Virus genome (UHGV): UHGV-0112447
From: a virus
Length of the DNA stretch: 31,432 bases
Reading direction: 5' to 3' (one strand)
Below, piece after piece: positions 8,335-17,439 of this stretch. The position numbers and the translations under genes are program-made. The notes beneath the pieces were generated by a model. That model worked only from the letters and a program-made list of their open reading frames with translations, was not told the origin of the DNA and did no database searches. The first letter of the stretch is position 1, and every line of letters starts with the position of its first letter.

Positions 8335-8636
8335 CCGCCCCAAAGCCCGAATGGGTTTACATGTCCCGGTTCGTCCCGCTGGCCGTCGTCGATCTGGACG
8401 GGGGCCTGACCACAATCGGACCGCTGTCCCCACCGGAGGACCGCACAAGGCGGACGGCCTGCGAGCTGTTTCCGGCGGAGGCCAGAACGTGGGACCCGTC
8501 CCCGGACGGAATCCGCTGGTATGAAAAGCTGTCGGGCGACGCACCGTTTACACTGCCCAGCGGGCGAACGGTCACGCCGCCGAAGGGAGGATTTTATCGG
8601 TTATGGCGAAGCAGATGCGCACCCTCGCAAAAATAA
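8331..8636 (+). CDS. Hypothetical protein
   Basis: ATGA coupling to the upstream gene. Confidence 0.5.
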   Translation: MTAPKPEWVYMSRFVPLAVVDLDGGLTTIGPLSPPEDRTRRTACELFPAEARTWDPSPDGIRWYEKLSGDAPFTLPSGRTVTPPKGGFYRLWRSRCAPSQK

Positions 8637-8767
8637 GCACCGCCACCGGCATCCTCGTGATGCTGATCCCGGCGGCGGTACATATCGTCTGGCCGCCCTC
8701 GGCGGTCTGTCTGGAAGCCTGTGGGCTGGCTCTGGTGTATCTGGGGAGGTGGCTGCGGTGGATCTGA
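8603..8767 (+). CDS. Small membrane protein, 54 aa (not in ORF track)
   Basis: GGAGG upstream; two hydrophobic segments. Confidence 0.45.
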   Translation: MAKQMRTLAKISTATGILVMLIPAAVHIVWPPSAVCLEACGLALVYLGRWLRWI

Positions 8768-9105
8768 TGCAATGCCTCCGCACAGGCCGCAGAAACGCGG
8801 TTACGCGCGCCGAGCTGGTCAACCGTACCGGGATGCCGGACAGGGCTAACCGCCGCGAAATAGAGCGGCTCCGCCGGGAGGGCGTGCCGGTTATCTCCGC
8901 ATCGGACGGCCGCGGCTACTGGCTTGCCGAATCGGTGGAAGAGGTCGAGCGGTTTTTGCGCGAGGCAGACTTGCGGGCGGAGGCCCAGCGGTATCCGAAG
9001 CTGCGGCAGTACGCGGCGGAGGCCCGGGGGCTGCGTGTCATCCCCGTCCGGGCGCATGTGCGGCGGGTTGGGCCGAAGGACATCGAAGGGCAGGTGAGAT
9101 TTTGA
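8758..9105 (+). CDS. Winged HTH protein
   Basis: GGAGG RBS, GTG start; VTRAELV...IERLRREGVPVIS...GYWLA. Confidence 0.7.
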   Translation: MDLMQCLRTGRRNAVTRAELVNRTGMPDRANRREIERLRREGVPVISASDGRGYWLAESVEEVERFLREADLRAEAQRYPKLRQYAAEARGLRVIPVRAHVRRVGPKDIEGQVRF

Positions 9106-9395
9106 GCGATTGGAGAAAAGATCCCCTTTGGCGGGACAACCCGGCGGTGAAGCCCTATCTGCACTGCCCGGTCAGGTCATGGATGGCGGCGGCGCTCTGC
9201 CTTATTGGAGAGCTTGGGGACAAGCCCAAGGCGGGCAAAGCTACCCACACCGGGGAGATCCTGCGGCTGGCCAAAGAGGGCATGACCGCAAAGGAGATTG
9301 CCGCGCAGGTGGTGGTATCGGACGCCTATGTGCGGGAGGCTTGCAAAAAATACGGCGTCAGGCTGCTGACCGAAAAAGAAAAAGCCGCCCTGTGA
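9102..9395 (+). CDS. HTH-containing hypothetical protein
   Basis: GMTAKEIAAQVVVSDAYV motif; overlap coupling. Confidence 0.65.
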   Translation: MSDWRKDPLWRDNPAVKPYLHCPVRSWMAAALCLIGELGDKPKAGKATHTGEILRLAKEGMTAKEIAAQVVVSDAYVREACKKYGVRLLTEKEKAAL

Positions 9396-9433
9396 CTGAC
9401 ATCACAAAGGCGGCAGAGGAAAATAAGGAACTT
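9373..9433 (-). ncRNA. Candidate antisense sRNA of about 60 nt
   Basis: Minus-strand consensus promoter upstream; ends in GCCGCC/GGCGGC stem plus U-tract. Confidence 0.55.
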
Positions 9434-9439
9434 ATGGAT

Positions 9440-9468
9440 ATTATATCCAGTCAAAAAGGAGTTGTCAA
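9440..9468 (-). promoter_or_regulatory. Perfect-consensus antisense sigma-A promoter
   Basis: TTGACA(9468-9463)-17 nt-TATAAT(9445-9440). Confidence 0.8.
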
Positions 9469-9469
9469 G

Positions 9470-9664
9470 ATGGAGATCAGAGAATCGCAGAGGATGTATC
9501 TGCTCGAGCGCGAGCGGCTGGAACCGCCCTGCCTGACGGAAGATCAGGAGCTGATCGGGGAGCTGTACCAGATCATTGCGGATGCCGAGGACGAGATCGA
9601 GCGACAGATGGATATCCGGGCACAAGCGCGGGACAAGCTGCGGGATCTGGGGATTGCGGTATGA
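9470..9664 (+). CDS. Hypothetical acidic protein
   Basis: AAGGAG RBS before ATG 9470. Confidence 0.6.
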   Translation: MEIRESQRMYLLERERLEPPCLTEDQELIGELYQIIADAEDEIERQMDIRAQARDKLRDLGIAV

Positions 9665-9873
9665 ACGGCGTGACGAAATACCGGGAAACAAAAGTAGAGA
9701 TTACGATCAGAGTATGGGATTGTCTGCCGGTATGCAGCACATGCAGGTTTTTTAAATATGAGCACGATTTGAAACGGTACACCTGCTTGATTACCGACGA
9801 ACCGATGCTTGAAGGAAATAAAAGGATTGGGCTTGACTGCCCGCTGAGAAAGGAGCTATATCAATGGGATTGA
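9661..9873 (+). CDS. Small Cys-rich protein
   Basis: CSTC...C...CP pattern; ATGA coupling. Confidence 0.6.
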   Translation: MNGVTKYRETKVEITIRVWDCLPVCSTCRFFKYEHDLKRYTCLITDEPMLEGNKRIGLDCPLRKELYQWD

Positions 9874-10493
9874 TTGCGAAAGAAACTGGAGGGAGCCGCA
9901 TTCCTCCGATCGAGGCCGGGTCCTATCCGGCAGTGTGCTACGCTTTAGTGGATCTCGGAGACCAGTACAGCCAGAAATTTGACAAGTGCAGCAGACAGGT
10001 CCTGATCATGTGGGAAATTCCCGGCGAGACCATCACGATTGAGGGGGAAGAGCTTCCGCGCGCGCTTTCTGCGACCTATACCAACAGCCTGAGCAAAAAA
10101 GCGAAGCTGCGCACGATACTGGAAGGATGGCGCGGCAGGGCATTTACCGCGGAAGAGCTGAAAGGGTTTAACCTGTCAAAGCTGATCGGGATCGGCTGTA
10201 TGATCGGCGTAACGCACGCCAGAAAAACCGACGGTTCGGAATATGCAAAAATAAGCAGCGTGTCCAAGCTCCCGAAGGGCTTTACAGTGCCTGAGCCTCA
10301 AAATACATCGGTAGTATTTGATCTGGACGAGCCGGGGGCGCTGGATAAAATGGCCATTCTTCCGGAGTGGGTGCAGAACAGAGTGCGGGAGAGCGAAACG
10401 TACAAAAACATGATTTGCGCGCCGGACGGATCGGTACCGGCCAAACAGAATGATTTTTCTGCGATTGACGATTCGGAAGACCTCCCGTTCTAA
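9864..10493 (+). CDS. Putative single-stranded DNA-binding/replication protein
   Basis: AAGGAG RBS; acidic DDSEDLPF tail; upstream of the initiator. Confidence 0.6.
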   Translation: MGLIAKETGGSRIPPIEAGSYPAVCYALVDLGDQYSQKFDKCSRQVLIMWEIPGETITIEGEELPRALSATYTNSLSKKAKLRTILEGWRGRAFTAEELKGFNLSKLIGIGCMIGVTHARKTDGSEYAKISSVSKLPKGFTVPEPQNTSVVFDLDEPGALDKMAILPEWVQNRVRESETYKNMICAPDGSVPAKQNDFSAIDDSEDLPF

Positions 10494-10506
10494 GGCGGTG
10501 GCATAA

Positions 10507-11202
10507 GTGGCAAGGGAATATTTCAAAGCGTACCACAGCTATCTAGAGTCGATCGAGCCGCTCGGCGACGCGGAGCGCGGGAGACTGTTTACGGCACTGC
10601 TGACATACAGCAGGACGGGCATAGTTCCGGAGCTCCAGGGGAACGAACGATTTGTGTTTCCGACGCTGAAAAGCAATATCGAAAGAGAGATTGCCTCATA
10701 CGAAGAAAATTCGGCCAAAAATGCCATCAACGGATCCAAGGGAGGCAGACCGCAAAAAACCCAGAAAACCCAGTCGGTTTTTTCGGTTTTTGAAAAAACC
10801 CAAAAAAGGCAAGATAAAGAAGAAGATAAAGATAAAGAAAAAGATAAAGAAGATATAGAGAGAAATATAAATATTTCTCTTGCGCAAAAGTCGGACGATT
10901 TTGACCGATTTTGGTCGGCATACCCCAAAAAAAAAGCCAAGGCAGACGCCCAAAAGGCATGGAAGGGGGTAAAAGTCGAGTTGTCCGTCATCCTGAATGC
11001 CATTGAACAGCAGAAGCGGTCCCCTGACTGGCAGAAGGAGGGAGGAAAATACATCCCGTATCCGGCCTCATGGCTGCGCGGAAAGCGCTGGGAGGACACA
11101 GACAGTCAGGAAAGCGACGGCCCTGTTATCCACGAAGCCCCGCCTGAATGGGATTATGACCCGAACAAAGGGTTCCTTGAGCGGCTGGGGGTGGAGTTTT
11201 GA
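10507..11202 (+). CDS. Replication initiator/replisome organiser, DUF6291-like N-terminus
   Basis: LGDAERGRLFTALLTY, NGSKGGRP, FDRFWSAYPKK and YIPYPASWL motifs. Confidence 0.85.
   Translation: MAREYFKAYHSYLESIEPLGDAERGRLFTALLTYSRTGIVPELQGNERFVFPTLKSNIEREIASYEENSAKNAINGSKGGRPQKTQKTQSVFSVFEKTQKRQDKEEDKDKEKDKEDIERNINISLAQKSDDFDRFWSAYPKKKAKADAQKAWKGVKVELSVILNAIEQQKRSPDWQKEGGKYIPYPASWLRGKRWEDTDSQESDGPVIHEAPPEWDYDPNKGFLERLGVEF
10754..10880. repeat. Probable replication origin iterons within the initiator gene
   Basis: AAAACCCA x3, TCGGTTTTT x2 in the opposite sense, then AAGATAAAGA repeats and an AT-rich stretch. Confidence 0.65.
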
Positions 11203-12416
11203 AAGCTTCGTTCGCGGAGATTTCGGTCGTCGGCTGCATCATCATGGACGCGGAGCGCTGTTCCGGCGCGTTCGACCTGCTGACCCCGGAAATGTTCGAG
11301 AACGACTGGCTATCAGAAGCATTCCGGACGTGCCAATCGCTGCACAGCCGGGGGAAGCAGGTGGACATCGCCACGATTGAGGGCGAGATGGGCAGGGAAC
11401 ACCGGTACGCACTGGTGCAATGCGCACAGCAGACGCCATCCCTCGACGGTTTTGACGACTACTGCGCGGCGGTAATGGAGCGGTGGCGGGTGAGGGAGCT
11501 GCAAGCCGAATCGTTCCGGCTGACCCAGTGCCAGACCTCCCGCGAGTGGGCGGAGCAGGCCCGGACGATGCTGGCGCGGCAGGAGGCGATAGAGAACGGT
11601 CTGCAATCCTCGACGGCGACCGACTTCTGGGGCAGCGTTATGAGCTTTGTCGATTCACTGGTGAGGCCCTCCGCCTCGCTGAAATCGGGCATGGGGAACT
11701 TCGACCGGGTGACAGGAGGCTTGCAGCGCAAAGGCTTTTACATCATCGCGGGGCGCTCCGGGATGGGGAAAACGGACTTTTCCCTTGTGCTGGCGCTGAA
11801 CATGAGCTCCAAATACCGGGTGACCTACTGCTCGATGGAGATGGGGAAGGAATCGCTCATGGCGCGGATCGCGTCCAGGGTGGCGCAGGTGGATTCGGGC
11901 AAAATCCGGGATCACAGCCTTGACCCGGAGGAAATGCAGCGGATTACCGAGGGGCTATCTCAGATGCGGAGCAGCACCCGTCTGGTGATCGACGAGCAGC
12001 AGGGCATTACAGTGGAGGAGCTTGAGAACAAAATCCTGCGGCAGAGCCCGGATGTGATCTTTGTTGACCACATCGGCCTGATGAGCCATCCCAGACGGAA
12101 AAACGTGTGGGAAGGGGTGGCGGAGACCTCCAAACGGCTCAAGCAGCTTGCCATGAAGCACAACATTGTGGTAGTGGGGCTGGCGCAGGAGACGCGGGAG
12201 GCCAACGGCGGGATCAAGGGCTCTGACAATCTGGTAAACGACGCAGACGGTATTTTCCTGATGAAATCCGAACCGCCGAAAACATTTATCACCGGCTCCG
12301 GATGGATCGACGCGGAGGTTGTGGTAAGAAAGCTGCGCGACGGTGCGCGGGGGTCGCTGAAATATCATTGGAGGCCGCAATATCATGAATGGAGAGCAGT
12401 CGAAGAGCGGTTCTGA
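11199..12416 (+). CDS. dnaB: DnaB-like replicative helicase
   Basis: Walker A GRSGMGKT, SMEM, IFVDHIGL and LAQ motifs. Confidence 0.9.
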   Translation: MKASFAEISVVGCIIMDAERCSGAFDLLTPEMFENDWLSEAFRTCQSLHSRGKQVDIATIEGEMGREHRYALVQCAQQTPSLDGFDDYCAAVMERWRVRELQAESFRLTQCQTSREWAEQARTMLARQEAIENGLQSSTATDFWGSVMSFVDSLVRPSASLKSGMGNFDRVTGGLQRKGFYIIAGRSGMGKTDFSLVLALNMSSKYRVTYCSMEMGKESLMARIASRVAQVDSGKIRDHSLDPEEMQRITEGLSQMRSSTRLVIDEQQGITVEELENKILRQSPDVIFVDHIGLMSHPRRKNVWEGVAETSKRLKQLAMKHNIVVVGLAQETREANGGIKGSDNLVNDADGIFLMKSEPPKTFITGSGWIDAEVVVRKLRDGARGSLKYHWRPQYHEWRAVEERF

Positions 12417-12510
12417 CCGCTGGGAGGAATACGAAAAGGAAAAGCAGACTCTGGACGGGAAACGGTATGAGGACGAAATCCGGCGGATCTGTGAACGTCT
12501 GGGGGTGTGA
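12385..12510 (+). CDS. Small 41-aa protein (not in ORF track)
   Basis: GGAGG upstream; YEKEK...YEDEIRRICERLGV. Confidence 0.5.
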   Translation: MNGEQSKSGSDRWEEYEKEKQTLDGKRYEDEIRRICERLGV

Positions 12511-12956
12511 CAGTGAAAGAAATGATCTGCATCGAGTACCCCAAAACCAAGGACGGTAAGCGCCAGTGGGGCAAGGAATACGGTATGAACGCGATTTATG
12601 CGGGGAAGCACTGGTCGCGGCGTAAGGCCGACAGCGAGTACTGGCACAGCCTGACCCAAGCCGCGCTTGTCAGGGCGGGAATACCACAAAGGCCCGCGCC
12701 AAAGCCGGTGAGCATTGACTTCTGGTGGGACGACAGGCTTGATCTGGACAACCACGCATACATGGCAAAAATGATCGTGGACGCGCTCAAGGGCTGGGTG
12801 ATACAGGACGACAACCGGAGATGCGTCCGGGAGATCGCACACCACTGGCACGACAGAGGGTGCATCCTCGTGGAGATCAGAGACGGGAGGGATTTATGTG
12901 AAGCTGGTCATCAGATATCGGGACGCGGGCGGGGCCGATCAGTACGTCAATATTGA
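12507..12956 (+). CDS. rusA: RusA-like Holliday junction resolvase
   Basis: DLDN...KMIVDALKG...IQDD motif. Confidence 0.85.
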   Translation: MTVKEMICIEYPKTKDGKRQWGKEYGMNAIYAGKHWSRRKADSEYWHSLTQAALVRAGIPQRPAPKPVSIDFWWDDRLDLDNHAYMAKMIVDALKGWVIQDDNRRCVREIAHHWHDRGCILVEIRDGRDLCEAGHQISGRGRGRSVRQY

Positions 12957-13077
12957 CGCAGACCGGATGGAAGAAGAAAACGGGATGATCCGGGCGTATG
13001 AGAGCGGGAGCCTTGTGGCGGTGATCGACGCGGGGTATATCAATCTGGCGTATCTGAGCGGGAAGGAGCCGAAATGA
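12898..13077 (+). CDS. Hypothetical 59-aa protein (not in ORF track)
   Basis: GGAGG RBS, GTG start, stop overlaps the next ATG. Confidence 0.6.
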   Translation: MKLVIRYRDAGGADQYVNIDADRMEEENGMIRAYESGSLVAVIDAGYINLAYLSGKEPK

Positions 13078-15569
13078 ACTACATCGAATTTTTGAAAACA
13101 AAAATCGCGGTATCGGAGCCGTCCGGTTTCGAGCCGGGGCCGGTCAATGCGGTATTGAAGCCGCATCAGGCGGACGCGGTGCGCTGGGCCTGCCGGGGCG
13201 GGCGCCGGGCACTGTTCGAGTCGTTCGGTCTGGGCAAAACGGCGCAGGAATTGGAATGGTGCCGCCTCTGTGTGGAGCACGACGGAGGGAGGGCGCTGAT
13301 CGTGCTGCCGCTGGGAGTGCGGCAGGAATTTACCCGCGACGCGGTGGAGTTGCTGGGCCTGCCCCGGCCGCCGTATGTGCGCACAATGGCGGAAGCGGAC
13401 GCTGCCGAAGGAAGCATCCTGCTGACCAACTACGAGCGGGTGCGGGACGGGGATATCGATCCGAAAGCGTTTACGGCCGTCGCGCTCGACGAGGCGAGCT
13501 GTTTGCGGTCCTACGGGTCAAAAACCTATCAGGAATTCACCCAGCTCATGCAGGGGGTGCGCTATAAGCTGGTGGCTACGGCGACCCCGGCCCCGAACCG
13601 CTTTAAGGAGCTGATCCATTATGCCGGGTATCTTGAGGTCATGGACACCGGGCAGGCGCTCACCCGATTTTTTCAGCGGGATTCTGAGAAGGCGGGAAAT
13701 TTGACCCTGTATCCGCATATGGAGCGGGAATTCTGGCTCTGGATGTCCTCATGGGCGCTGTTTTTAACAAAGCCGTCCGATCTGGGCTATGACGACGCCG
13801 GATACGACCTGCCGCCCTTTGAGGTGCGGTATCACAAGCTGCCCGCCGCCTCCAAGCCGAAGGAGGACCGGGACGGGCAGACCAAGCTTGCGGCGGATGC
13901 GTCTCTTTCGCTGCCGGACGCCTCACGTGAGAAGCGCGACAGCGTAACCGAGCGGATCGCCAAGGCGAAGGAGATCGTTGATTCCGACCCGGAGGCGCAT
14001 TTCATCCTCTGGCACGACCGGGAGGACGAGCGGCACGAGATCAAGAGGGTGTTTCCCGGCGCTGTGGAGGTTTACGGGACGCAGGATTACGAAATCCGCG
14101 AGCGGGCGGTGCTCGACTTCGCGGACGGGAAAACCCGGCTGCTGGCAACAAAGAAAGAGATCTCCGGGCAGGGGTGCAACTTCCAGCGGCACTGCCACCG
14201 GGCAATCTTCACCGGAATCGACTATAAGTTCAACGACTTCATTCAGGCGATCCACCGGATATACCGGTTCCTGCAAACCGAGCGGGTGATCATCGACGTG
14301 ATTTACACCGAGGCGGAGAGCGAGGTTCTGCGCGTCCTGCTCGAGAAATGGAAGAACCACGACGAAATGATTGCCAGAATGACGGCGATCATCCGCGAAT
14401 ACGGGCTTTCGGGAGCCAGCCAGCTCGAAACGCTGTCCCGCTCCATTGGCTGCGAACGCAGGGAGGTCCGGGGAGAGCATTTCAGGGCGGTGCGAAACGA
14501 CTGTGTGCTGGAAACCTGCGCAATGGAGGAAAACAGCGTTGATCTGATCGCCACGTCGATTCCCTTCGGAAACCACTATGAGTATTCCGCAAGCTACAAC
14601 GACTTTGGGCACAACCTCGACAACGACCGCTTTTTCGAGCAGATGGATTATCTTTCTCCGGAGCTGCTGCGGGTGCTGAGGCCGGGGAGGATTTTCGCCT
14701 GCCATGTCAAGGACCGGATTCTGTTCGGGAATGTGACCGGGCTGGGCGCTCCGTCGGTTGATCCGTTTCATTCGCTCTGCATTTCGCATTACACCAGACA
14801 TGGTTTTATATTTTCGGGGATGATCACCGTTCTCACCGACGTGGTGCGGGAGAACAACCAGACCTACCGGCTCGGCTGGACCGAGCAGTGCAAGGACGGT
14901 ACGAAAATGGGGGTGGGCTGCCCGGAATACATCCTGCTGTTCCGAAAGCCGCAGACCGACCGCTCGAAGGGATACGCGGACGTACCTGTAGTCAAGAGCA
15001 AGGAGGAATACACCCGGGGACGCTGGCAGCTCGACGCGCACGCCTTCTGGCGGTCCTCCGGGGACAGGCTGGTGGAGCGCCGGGAGCTGGCCGGGATGAC
15101 GCAAAAGGAGCTTTCCCGCGTCTGGAAGGAATACAGCCTGGGGGAGATTTACGATTACGAAAAGCATGTGCAAACGGCGGAAACGCTCGACGAAGCGGGA
15201 AACCTGCCCGCCTCCTTCATGGTGATCGACCCGAAGAGCTGGTCTGACTGGATCTGGGACGATGTGGCGCGGATGAAAACCCTTAACTCCGAGCAGGGGC
15301 GCAAGCGGTTGGTGAACCACGTCTGTCCTTTGCAGATCGACATCGTGGACCGCCTGATCGAGCGGTTTTCCAATCGGGGTGAAACAGTCTATGATCCGTT
15401 CGGCGGGCTGATGACGGTGCCCTACCGGGCGGTAAAACTCGGCCGGGAAGGGATTGGCTGTGAGCTTTCCGCAGACTATTTCGCGGACGGTGTGGAATAT
15501 CTCAAATCCGCCGACGCCGAGCGGGACGCCCCGACGCTGTTTGACTTTATCGGGAGGAATGCGGTATGA
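13074..15569 (+). CDS. SNF2-like helicase fused to an N4/N6 DNA methyltransferase
   Basis: FGLGKT, DEAS, TATP and QAIHRIYR helicase motifs; TSIPF catalytic-type motif before VYDPFGG SAM motif (beta order). Confidence 0.9.
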   Translation: MNYIEFLKTKIAVSEPSGFEPGPVNAVLKPHQADAVRWACRGGRRALFESFGLGKTAQELEWCRLCVEHDGGRALIVLPLGVRQEFTRDAVELLGLPRPPYVRTMAEADAAEGSILLTNYERVRDGDIDPKAFTAVALDEASCLRSYGSKTYQEFTQLMQGVRYKLVATATPAPNRFKELIHYAGYLEVMDTGQALTRFFQRDSEKAGNLTLYPHMEREFWLWMSSWALFLTKPSDLGYDDAGYDLPPFEVRYHKLPAASKPKEDRDGQTKLAADASLSLPDASREKRDSVTERIAKAKEIVDSDPEAHFILWHDREDERHEIKRVFPGAVEVYGTQDYEIRERAVLDFADGKTRLLATKKEISGQGCNFQRHCHRAIFTGIDYKFNDFIQAIHRIYRFLQTERVIIDVIYTEAESEVLRVLLEKWKNHDEMIARMTAIIREYGLSGASQLETLSRSIGCERREVRGEHFRAVRNDCVLETCAMEENSVDLIATSIPFGNHYEYSASYNDFGHNLDNDRFFEQMDYLSPELLRVLRPGRIFACHVKDRILFGNVTGLGAPSVDPFHSLCISHYTRHGFIFSGMITVLTDVVRENNQTYRLGWTEQCKDGTKMGVGCPEYILLFRKPQTDRSKGYADVPVVKSKEEYTRGRWQLDAHAFWRSSGDRLVERRELAGMTQKELSRVWKEYSLGEIYDYEKHVQTAETLDEAGNLPASFMVIDPKSWSDWIWDDVARMKTLNSEQGRKRLVNHVCPLQIDIVDRLIERFSNRGETVYDPFGGLMTVPYRAVKLGREGIGCELSADYFADGVEYLKSADAERDAPTLFDFIGRNAV

Positions 15570-15649
15570 CCCACCTCTCGCTGTTCTCGGGGGCGCAGTT
15601 TTACCCGATTTTTGCGGCGATTGCGGAAACAGAAAGGAGCTTACAATGA
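15566..15649 (+). pseudogene. 27-codon remnant of a C5 cytosine methyltransferase
   Basis: GGAGG RBS; MTHLSLFSG (motif I start) joined to AQFYPIFAAIAE (typical end after motif X). Confidence 0.75.
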
Positions 15650-15927
15650 GCGATTTAATCAGTCGGAAGGCGCTGCTCGATTACATAGACAGCACTAACG
15701 AAATTAAGGACTGGTGCTTAAATCGGTATAGCGCAGACTGGATTTATAGTTTCGTCAAATCCGCTCCCTCCGTCGATGCCGCGCCTGTGGTGCATGGGAA
15801 GTGGATAAGTAATAGTTCGTTAAATAAATGCAGCGAGTGCAGAACACTTTGGGATACCAAGACGAATTTTTGCCCCTACTGCGGGGCGAAGATGGACGGG
15901 AAGGAGGATGGTGCTGACCATGAGTGA
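15646..15927 (+). CDS. Phage zinc-ribbon protein
   Basis: MSDLISRKALL, APVVHGKW, CSEC and FCPYCGAKMD motifs. Confidence 0.8.
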   Translation: MSDLISRKALLDYIDSTNEIKDWCLNRYSADWIYSFVKSAPSVDAAPVVHGKWISNSSLNKCSECRTLWDTKTNFCPYCGAKMDGKEDGADHE

Positions 15928-16195
15928 ATGGATTTCGGTCAAGGATAGACTGCCGGACAAGTTAGAGCCGGTGAACATCGTGTGGGTAAACAGGGAGCCA
16001 GAGCCATATTATTCGCACATCAAAGACAAACCATTCGTTTCCACAGGATATTACCACAACGGAAAATGGTGGTGGTATTCTTGCGTATGCGAAGACTATC
16101 TTGCGGAATACGGATGTAGCGAATGTGATTCTGTGGACAACGGCATAGAGATCACCCACTGGTTGCCGCTGCCAGAACCGCCGAAGGAGGATTGA
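15920..16195 (+). CDS. DUF551-like protein
   Basis: EWISVKDRLP...ITHWLPLPEPP. Confidence 0.85.
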   Translation: MSEWISVKDRLPDKLEPVNIVWVNREPEPYYSHIKDKPFVSTGYYHNGKWWWYSCVCEDYLAEYGCSECDSVDNGIEITHWLPLPEPPKED

Positions 16196-16197
16196 CC

Positions 16198-16680
16198 ATG
16201 TACGAATCTCTAATCAGCAACCTGCGCGAGCACGCAGAATGGGCACACGCCAACGAATGGGAATCTCCGATCACGCTCGGGGATGATCTGGAGGGGGCTA
16301 TTAAGGCAATCGAGGCGCTGCAAGCCGAGCTGGACCGTATCAAAAACTGTCGCCGCGAATGCAAGATCGTTTGCTTGCTTGACGAGTACAACAAAAAATG
16401 CACCGAGCTTGAGAAGGCCAAAGCCGAGCTTATGGAATTGCGCATAGCGTGGGACATGTATGGCGGAGCCGAAAACATTACAGGAGCATTTGCGGAGCTA
16501 GAGAAGGTCAAAGCTGAGTTGGATACTCTCTGCAAAATGCAGCCGGTTAAGCTGGAAAAAGCCGAAGCCAGATCGTTATCGTTTGTGTTGGCCGCCGAGC
16601 TATCAGAGGTAAGGGGCGAGCTTGAGAAGGTCAAGGCCGAAAACGCCCGGCTCCGGCGGGGAAGGGAGGCCGACACATGA
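16198..16680 (+). CDS. Coiled-coil hypothetical protein with internal repeats
   Basis: GGAGG RBS; ELEK[AV]KAE repeated three times. Confidence 0.7.
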   Translation: MYESLISNLREHAEWAHANEWESPITLGDDLEGAIKAIEALQAELDRIKNCRRECKIVCLLDEYNKKCTELEKAKAELMELRIAWDMYGGAENITGAFAELEKVKAELDTLCKMQPVKLEKAEARSLSFVLAAELSEVRGELEKVKAENARLRRGREADT

Positions 16681-17072
16681 GCGAACTGCCAGAAAAGGTC
16701 CTGCGATTTGACATTGCGCGCGTCAATTATGGAAGGCGGAAAATATGCCGATGCCTAAATCCGCATTATGAAATCGACGCGCAAAACCGTCTCGTGGTAT
16801 GCAATGACTGCGGCGCGATTATTGATCCGTTTGATGCGCTGGTTGATCTTGCGGAGCATTACGAGAGGATTGAGCGTTGGAATCAGGCTGCGTTGGATCA
16901 ACGTCGGGAAATTGAAAACTACAAGCCCCATCTGCTGGTGATCCGAGAACTCGAAAAACAATACCGAAGGCAAAAGATGATTCCAATGTGCCCGCACTGC
17001 GGGAAGCCGTTTGACCTCAAGGAGATTGCCAAAGGATCGTGGTGCAGCAGACAATTTTTGGAGGAAAAATGA
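16677..17072 (+). CDS. Zn-binding hypothetical protein
   Basis: CNDCG and CPHCG motifs; ATGA coupling. Confidence 0.7.
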   Translation: MSELPEKVLRFDIARVNYGRRKICRCLNPHYEIDAQNRLVVCNDCGAIIDPFDALVDLAEHYERIERWNQAALDQRREIENYKPHLLVIRELEKQYRRQKMIPMCPHCGKPFDLKEIAKGSWCSRQFLEEK

Positions 17073-17182
17073 TGCTTGACTACATGTTAGCCCTGCGTAT
17101 CGACCCTCTGGGCGCGGTGATAGCCCTATCCGCCGCGCTGGGGCTGGTCGTGGGGATTGAGATGGGGAGGCGGTGCAAATGA
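17069..17182 (+). CDS. 37-aa membrane peptide (not in ORF track)
   Basis: GGAGG RBS; one hydrophobic helix; coupled on both sides. Confidence 0.5.
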   Translation: MMLDYMLALRIDPLGAVIALSAALGLVVGIEMGRRCK

Positions 17183-17439
17183 TACCGGCGCGCAAGACCT
17201 GCAAGGGATGCGTGTACCTCAAGCCGCTGGGCGGTATGGGGCGGACCAACGAGCAGGGGTGCCATTACTGCTATATCACTGGCAATCCAAGAGGATGTCC
17301 CGCCGACAAATGCGACAAGTACGATAGGAGGCCAAAAACCCATGAACTGGAAAAAAGAAGCAGAAAACGATCTGAGAAGCTACATGCGGCGCAAGGACAG
17401 TCTCCAAAACATACAGGACAAGATCGCGTCTCTCGATGA
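17179..17439 (+). CDS. Cys-rich hypothetical protein
   Basis: CKGC...CHYC...RGCP..C pattern. Confidence 0.6.
   Translation: MIPARKTCKGCVYLKPLGGMGRTNEQGCHYCYITGNPRGCPADKCDKYDRRPKTHELEKRSRKRSEKLHAAQGQSPKHTGQDRVSR

Noticed and set aside
13923..15320. Long antisense ORFs (also 21338-22642, 11955-12851, 250-1071)
   Set aside because: Shadows of GC-rich coding genes on the opposite strand
16405..16641. CRISPR-like mini-array
   Set aside because: Repeats vary mainly at third codon positions, spacers are long and unequal, and all lie in one reading frame
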